DNA of 64,000 nt from Paraspadella gotoi (lineage: Eukaryota; Animalia; Chaetognatha), in contig CM119264.1 of assembly GCA_051294375.1 (NCBI GenBank), positions 21,887,402 through 21,951,401 of the forward strand. The letters run 5' to 3'. The notes below the pieces were generated by a model, which was not told the DNA's origin, did no database searches, and saw only the letters and a program-made list of their open reading frames with translations. This document shows, one piece after another, positions 56,051 through 64,000 of this stretch (its first letter is position 1; each line of letters begins with the position of its first letter). The position numbers were made by a program, and so were the translations under genes.

Positions 56051-57183
56051 TAGTAGTTTAACTCTTTAACTCTTTTAAAGCTGTTTTTCCTCTCTAGAAT
56101 AGAGTCACAATGACTTCGCTCCAAGAATCTCCAGTTTTCTTTTACCCTCTGCCATCACAACTCGTTCCCTGTCTAATTTCTCTCTCTCTCTCTCTCTCTC
56201 TCTGCTCTCTCTCTCTCTCTCTCTCATCTCTCATCTTGATTCCTTTTCTCAGCTCAGCCTCTCCGTCTCCTTTCGTTATCGTCTCTCGACTTTTCAACGC
56301 CCAAAAATCCTTTCAGTCCTCAGCATCTTTTTGGTTTCGAATGCTATTGTCACTCCATCAACAGAATAAAATGCTGTGTCAATACCATTTACCCTATCAT
56401 ATTTTTTTCACTATCTCGACTTCTTCAATATTTTGGCCGCCCACAATCTGTTAAAGAGCTAAAAGCTTTTTTGTACAAATGACAATTCTATATTTTACTA
56501 GATTTAATTTTAAGGACAAAATTTTAATAAAGTCTCGAGTCAATATAATTTATTTATAACGATGCTCGATATTTTTATTTTCATATCAATTAAGAATTTA
56601 AATTCTTGACTTTAATAATAAAAGAAAACGCGTTATTAAAAAACATTTAGTTTAATCCAAAAGAATAAATATAAATTCCGATCCCTGCGCCATCGCCATG
56701 ATTTGATCAAACTTCCCCGACTCCTCCTTTGGCCCAAAGCCCCGACTTTCCCCTTTCCTCTTGTCTCGCCTTTCCTCCTTCCTCCTTCCCCTTTCCTCCT
56801 TCCCTCTCTCCGTAATCCTCGTCCCTCTTCTCTCTCGGGATTTAAGAAATTCCCGTCCTTTCCATTTCCGATCAGATGCTCGCGTTCTTGAGTTCGATCC
56901 CGACTCCTTCCTTTTTTTTTTCTTTGTCGTCGTCTTTGTCGTCGTCGTGTTCGTCGTCGTTGTCGTCCCATCTTCTCAGCCGACGACTTTTTTCGCGCGC
57001 GCTCGCGTCTCGTGCTACAGTTCGCGCGTTTGAGAATCCGCCACGTTGACGTCGCCACGCCCATTAGACGTTGATTGGTGGCGTTTCGTTTCCGAGAACG
57101 ACATGAGCGTAAACTCACAACTTCCGTTATACCCTCCACCGACAAATTTTTTTTGACACTTTTTTCCTCTTCGATCTCTCCGC

Positions 57184-57244
<61 letters not shown>

Positions 57245-57657
57245 TTTGGATATTACTTCGAAAACAAAACATGCAAAACTTGTTTCGAATCTAAATTTTT
57301 TCTTTCGAACAAACGTGAAAAAAGTCCGTCATTCTCTCACTTCTTCCAGACTTCCCTCTCTGTCGGAATTTCTCTCTTGTGTAAACTAACGACCCAGTCT
57401 CCAATGTCAACCCGCCCACGCTTCCCGAGATGGCGCTTTAATCTCGGGAAAACAAAAGAAACCATTTCTATCTACTACGTCTACGACAACGATATCCCGA
57501 TTCTCGCCTGTCGACATCTCTCTCTTTCTCCCTACTNNNNNNNNNNNNNNNNNNNNNNNNNATATGTTCTCATAAATTCTTCTGTTTTACTCTATCTCTC
57601 TATAACTTTCACCATTATACACATTCATGTTTTACTCCTTCTCTCTCTGTCTCTCTC

Positions 57658-57696
<39 letters not shown>

Positions 57697-57925
57697 ACTC
57701 TCGTCTCTCTCTCTCTTCTCTCTCTCTCTCTCTCTCTCTCCTTCAAGAAATGAGACTAGACAGAAGATGTCACATCCCACAAATCTCCTCTCACGTTCTG
57801 CTATGACGAAGAAAAGTCCCTAATAAATGTCAAGTAGAATTCTCTACGGGTTTCTTGTGGTAGATCATGGACTATCTGTTAGTACTCTATTTATATTCTG
57901 CCTGAAAAAAGAAAAAAAAAAAGAA

Positions 57926-58338
57926 CACTTAGAAATTAGTACGGTGTAACTACTAATCTGTATGAAATGTGACTGAGTTGTGTCGGGGAATCTCATAATC
58001 TTTCCAAGGCTCTGATGTTTTTCGTTTGTTTTAGTTACAACAGCTGTGTGTGCTTAAAAGCTTTCATATATGCTCTCTCTTCTCTCTCGACTACTCTTTC
58101 TCTTTCTCTTTACTCTCTCTTCTCTTTCACTTTTCTTACTGGTGACAAGATTCTATTCCGTTCGTTATCGAAATTTGCATGGCAACCGCAAGCGTAAAAA
58201 TAAATAATACGTGCCCAGGGAAATATTTTTTATAGCAACAAACGAATTCTTGTCCCTCGAAAAAGGTGTGTCTTCTGAAGCCTATGGCATGATTGGACAC
58301 TGGCGAAGAAAAAGCACTCTCTCTCTCTATCTCTCTCT

Positions 58339-58391
<53 letters not shown>

Positions 58392-60624
58392 CTCTCTTTC
58401 TCTCTTTTTTTTCTCACTAACCCCTAATTTTTCGACGATTCCTATTCGATGATGCAGCCAAAGGACCAAACGGAGCGTGACGTAGCGTCATTTTTGTCAT
58501 CCTCCGCACGCAACCTGGTTAAAATGTCACGTCAGAAGCAAATGGCATTTTCCGCGTCGTTTCCGCTCCCACCTTTCGGTCGAGAATGCCGTTTCCCGGT
58601 CTCGTTGCGCCTTTTTTGGATTCTTGACGATTTTGTGGGCTCGAGCGTCAATACTCTCCTCCAGAGTTTTTTATAAAATCCGCTATTGGTTTGAAAGCCA
58701 GTGTTCATCTCATAAAAAAAATTTGCAATAAAAGCATAAAAGCGTCCTGAACATATCCGAGCATTAATCAATTGGCGGACCGTCATAATCAAGTCGGATT
58801 ACGAGACAAGCACAAAACCGCTCAGCGAAGCCTTTCAACATCATTCCATTTAGAATACGATTTGACACCAAGCAGATTGACAAAATTTATTGTGATGTTT
58901 TTTAAAGATATCTTTTTTTTCCACACTTCGGAGAAATTTTCTGACCGGAGCACAAGTCTAAAACGCTTTTTACCAACATTTGCAGAAACTTAATTTTTTT
59001 TCCTCAACGCTTTCCGTTTCTTTGGTTGAAACTTCACGCGCAGGAGAAAAATTTGGTTTTAAAGAATACAGAAAAAAAATTTTTGGCGATATTTTTTGTA
59101 CTGGGTAAAATTGTGTGTAAGAATAACAATTTCCTTGGTGAAGACTAACATATTCTATTTGAAACAGGCTGCCTTCATAAATATAATCATAACTCCTCTA
59201 ATAACTAATTTACTCTTTCAGTACTCCTTCTATAACCGACACTTCTCCTCTCATTATTGTCTAAAATTGTAGCTCCGGCCTGATCTCCTATGGGCGTTGG
59301 TTTTTTTTCTGCGGAATACCTTAGTTCTTTCAGCTTTTTCCATTATAATCAGATTTGTAGCCGCCTTATTTGTTTTGGCCTCATTTAAGTTTTCTTTCAT
59401 CACAACGTCATTTTTCCCCCAGATTCAATTGTTTTCTGCGAAGGTTTGCACTTCTCCTCTGTTGTCCCGCCATGCCCATCCTTCTTGACCCTTCCCTTAT
59501 ACCCTCCTTCTTTCGTTTCCCCTACCCTTCTACTCCTTCATTTTTCACCCTCCCCTCCCCCTTGCGTCTCCCCTTTTCACGAGAAAACACCTCGCGAAAT
59601 CATTTAAGTCCCGATAACATCGTCTCCTCCCCCAGCCCCCCCTCTCTCTCTTTCTCTCTCTTCTCTTCTCTTCTCTTCCTTCTTCTCTTCTCTTCTCTTC
59701 TCTTCTTTTCTCTTCTCTGTCGTCGATTGTTTCTCTTGAGAATTTTTGGAATTTTTTTCCATCCCAGGGAATTTTTTCCGACAAGTTGGATAGAGTTTCT
59801 CTACTACGCTTTTTCTTCTCACTTTCCCATATCTTTCGGTTGCTTTCTTTTACTGCTTCATTTTTCATGATCGCTTTTCCTCATTCTACCACTAAAGGGT
59901 CTTCAATTAGCGGATTGCATTACTTGCAGATTCCTTGCTCTATAATCCACTTTTTTCGTCGGTCCACCCAAAGTGGAATGGGGAGTTTGATTGACTTGAT
60001 TTAGTGTATGTGGGTAGGAAAGTGATGTGACTTTGAGCAGGAATCAAGTTTCTTATGAATCGTCATCGTGGAAATGAGTTAAAATGGAAAAAAAAAATTA
60101 CAATTACTTGAATTTTTTTATTAGCTTTTATTCTATAATTGGGTGGTATTAGAATGAATTTTGGGATAGAGAAAGTGTGTGATTGAGCGGAAATTTACAG
60201 TTATCGATGAAAATAATTAAAATTGAAAAAAAAAAATCTTAATTATATTCATTATGCTTTTTTTTATATTAAAGTAAATTCAAGTCTGATTATATTAATT
60301 AGTCAATTACATTTATGATTAATTCATTTGTAATTAAATAATTTAGTAATTAATTTTGTGATCGAGACTGTTTTTTTGTGGTTAAGAGGGAGTCAAAGTT
60401 GAAAAAGATTATTGCTGCATTGAAAAAAAAAAATTAATCTAATTATATATTTAATCATATGAATCGAATATTATGATGCTCTGTGGGCGAAAGACCACTT
60501 AGAAATTAGTACCGATTAACTCTAATTGTAGAATTGACTAGTGTTGTGGAATTCATAATTTTCCAATCTCTGTGTTTTTCGTTTGTTTTTAGTAACAAAG
60601 CTTTTTACTAAAAGTTCATATATG

Positions 60625-60657
<33 letters not shown>

Positions 60658-63235
60658 TCTCTTTCTCTCTCTTCTCTTTCACTTTCTTACTGGTGAAAGA
60701 TTTCTATTCCGTCGTATCGAAGATTTGCATGGCAACCGAAGCGTAAAAATAAATAATACGTGCCAGGAAANNNNNNNNNNNNNNNNNNNNNNNNNNNNNN
60801 NNNNNNNNNNNNNNNNNNNNNNNNNNNNNNNNNNNNNNNNNNNNNNNNNNNNNNNNNNNNNNNNNNNNNNNNNNNNNNNNNNNNNNNNNNNNNNNNNNNN
60901 NNNNNNNNNNNNNNNNNNNNNNNNNNNNNNNNNNNNNNNNNNNNNNNNNNNNNNNNNNNNNNNNNNNNNNNNNNNNNNNNNNNNNNNNNNNNNNNNNNNN
61001 NNNNNNNNNNNNNNNNNNNNNNNNNNNNNNNNNNNNNNNNNNNNNNNNNNNNNNNNNNNNNNNNNNNNNNNNNGGCGTGACGTAGCGTCATTTTGTCATC
61101 CCGCCACGACGGTAAAATGTCACGTCAGAAAGCATCATTTCCGCGTCGTTTCCGCTCCCACCTTTCGTCGAATGCCGTTTCCGTCTCGTTGCGCCTTTTT
61201 TGAATTCTTGACGCATTTTTGTGACTCGAGCGTCAATCCTCTCCTCAGAGTTTTTATAAAATCCGCTATTGTTTGAAAGTCACGTGTTCATCTCATAAAA
61301 AAATTGCAATAAAAGCATAAAAGGTCTGAACATGTCCGAGCAATTAATCAATTGGCGGACGTCATAATCAAGTGGATTACGAGACAAGCACCCGCAGCGA
61401 AGCCTTTCACATCATTCCATTTAGAATACGAATTTGACGACCAAGCAGATTGACAAATATTATGTGTGATGTTTTTTAAAGATTTTTTTTTTCACACTTC
61501 GGAGAATTTCTCTGCCCGGAGCAAAACCAAGTCTAAAACGCTTTTTACAAATTTGCAGAAACTTATTTTTTTCCTCGACGCTTTTCCGTTCTTTGGTTTT
61601 GAAACTTCAACGCTCAAGGAGAATATTTGTTTTAAAAGAAATTTCTCACACAACTATAAGTCTATACAGAAAAAAAAATTGGCGAGTATTTTTTGTGGTA
61701 AAAATGGGTTTAAAGAAAACAATTATCCTGGAATGACTAACATATTCTATTTGAAACAGGCCTATCATTAAAAATAATAAATATAATAATAATTTATTTT
61801 ATTACTTTAAATCCATCTATTGTCTAAATTGTAAGCTTCGCAGGGTTGGTTTTTTTTCTGCGGAATATTGCTTTTCAGTTTTCACTTTAATCAGATTTGT
61901 AGCCGCCTTTATTTGTTTTGGCCTCATTTTAATTTTTTCATCTCACGTCATTTTTCCCCCAGATTCAATTGTTTTCTGCGAGGTTTCCTTCTCCTCTGTT
62001 GTCCCGCCCTGCCCTTCCTTCTTCACCCTCCCCTTATACCCTCCTTCTTNNNNNNNNNNNNNNNNNNNNNNNNNNNNNNNNNNNNNNNNNNNNNNNNNNN
62101 NNNNNNNNNNNNNNNNNNNNNNNNNNNNNNNNNNNNNNNNNNNNNNNNNNNNNNNNNNNNNNNNNNNNNNNNNNNNNNNNNNNNNNNNNNNNNNNNNNNN
62201 NNNNNNNNNNNNNNNNNNNNNNNNNNNNNNNNNNNNNNNNNNNNNNNNNNNNNNNNNCTTCTCTTCTCTTCTCTTCTCTTCTCTTCTCTTCTCTTCGTCG
62301 ATTGTTTTCCTCTTGAGAAATTTTGTGGAATTTTTTTTCCATCCCNNNNNNNNNNNNNNNNNNNNNNNNNNNNNNNNNNNNNNNNNNNNNNNNNNNNNNN
62401 NNNNNNNNNNNNNNNNNNNNNNNNNNNNNNNNNNNNNNNNNNNNNNNNNNNNNNNNNNNNNNNNNNNNNNNNNNNNNNNNNNNNNNNNNNNNNNNNNNNN
62501 NNNNNNNNNNNNNNNNNNNNNNNNNNNNNNNNNNNNNNNNNNNNNNNNNNNNNNNNNNNNNNNNNNNNNNNNNNNNNNNNNNNNNNNNNNNNNNNNNNNN
62601 NNNNNNNNNNNNNNNNNNNNNNNNNNNNNNNNNNNNNNNNNNNNNNNNNNNNNNNNNNNNNNNNNNNNNNNNNNNNNNNTTCCTGCTCTATAATCCACTT
62701 TTTTCCGTCGGTCCCACCCCAAAAGTGGATGGGGTGATTGACTTGAAATTTAGTGTGTGGGTAGGAAAGTGTGTGATTGAGCAGGAAATCAAGTTTCGAT
62801 GGAATCGTCCATGTGGAAATGAGTTAAAATGGAAAAAAAAAATTACATTTACTTGAATTTTTTATTATTTTTATTTATAATTAGGTGGATGGATTAGAAT
62901 GAAATTTTGTATGTGGATAGGAAGGTGTGTGATTGAGCCGGAAATACAGTTTCGATGAAAATAATTAAAATTGAAAAAAAATATATTTAATTATTTCATT
63001 ATGCTTTTTTCTTTTTATATTAAAAGTAAATTCAAGCTGCATTAATTAATTAGTCATTAATTTATGATTAATTATTTTGTAATTAAATAATTTATTAATT
63101 AATTTTGTGATCGAGACTGTTGTTTTGTGGTTAAGAGGCGAGTCAAAGTTGAAAAAGATTTTGATGCGATTGAAAAAAAAAATTAATTAATTATTTATTT
63201 AATATATGAATCAATTATGATGCTCGTGGGCAGAT
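57926..63235 (+). repeat. ~2.6-kb tandem duplication (57926-60494 vs 60496-63235), probable assembly artefact
   Basis: Both units start CACTTAGAAATTAGTAC and end ATTATGATGCTC(T)GTGGGC. They are colinear and differ mainly by small indels. The second unit carries three N blocks, at least two of them where the first has pyrimidine-rich low-complexity tracts. Confidence 0.8.
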
Positions 63236-64000
63236 CCGGCATTGTTTGTTCAAACTTGTTTAAAAATATTTTTGGAATTTTGTTTTTCTTTCTTCTTTTT
63301 CCTTTTTTCTTTCTTTCTTTCTTTCTGTCTTTCTTTCTTTCTTTTTTTTTTCTTTCTTTCTTTCGTTCCTCGTATTCTCAATTTTATTTGTCGACATCGT
63401 CCTCACTTATGGGAAAGGCTGCTTAGTGTTTACTTCCGTTTTCTTGTTGTTGTTGTCGCAGAAACATTATCTTCTGCTTTTGTTTTCTAGGTGTCGCTTC
63501 AACCTCATTGAGTTGTTTTGTTTNNNNNNNNNNNNNNNNNNNNNNNNNNNNNNNNNNNNNNNNNNNNNNNNNNNNNNNNNNNNNNNNNNNNNNNNNNNNN
63601 NNNNNNNNNNNNNNNNNNNNNNNNNNNNNNNNNNNNNNNNNNNNNNNNNNNNNNNNNNNNNNNNNNNNNNNNNNNNNNNNNNNNNNNNNNNNNNNNNNNN
63701 NNNNNNNNNNNNNNNNNNNNNNNNNNNNNNNNNNNNNNNNNNNNNNNNNNNNNNNNNNNNNNNNNNNNNNNNNNNNNNNNNNNNNNNNNNNNNNTCTCTC
63801 GTCATCTTTATTATCGTTTCTTTTTTTTATGAACCAATTTTCTTCTTTATTTTTCTTTTAATTATTCCTTTTTTTCTATTCCTTTTTACACTCGAAGGTG
63901 AGCTAACTTCAATTCTTCGAATCTTTTGAGCTATTTAGTGAATTCTGCCACGAACGAATCGATATTAAGAACTTGGACATATATAAGAGAAATTATAGTT

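Noticed and set aside
60687-63929. ORFs spanning N runs
   Set aside because: Artefacts of undetermined bases.

Overview
Eukaryotic (animal, most likely invertebrate) draft-genome window. Exons are GC/CpG-rich, introns are short and AT-rich with GT-AG ends, and (GA)n/(CT)n/(GAAA)n microsatellites are abundant. I spliced five protein-coding genes by hand. (1) The 3' part of an ALK/LTK receptor tyrosine kinase (+, <346-4031). (2) A 228-aa tetraspanin (+, 8886-10642). (3) An ankyrin-RING-coiled-coil-RING protein resembling the C-terminal half of Mind bomb (+, 37517-39840). (4) A gamma-glutamyl hydrolase with an unusual acidic stalk and hydrophobic C-terminal tail (-, 40408-44505). (5) A two-exon orphan of about 437 aa with an N-terminal hydrophobic segment and lipoxygenase-like His motifs (-, 47684-49293), which is the best novelty candidate. 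Intergenic and intronic DNA holds four TA-flanked Tc1/mariner-type MITEs, one foldback MITE with an 8-bp TSD, a tRNA-derived SINE family and several promoter-like motif clusters. Two near-identical tandem duplications (about 9.8 kb at 15049-34729 across a 25-N gap; about 2.6 kb at 57926-63235) look like assembly artefacts. Most entries in the ORF track are microsatellite, antisense or N-gap artefacts. No database searches were run; family assignments rest on motif recognition.
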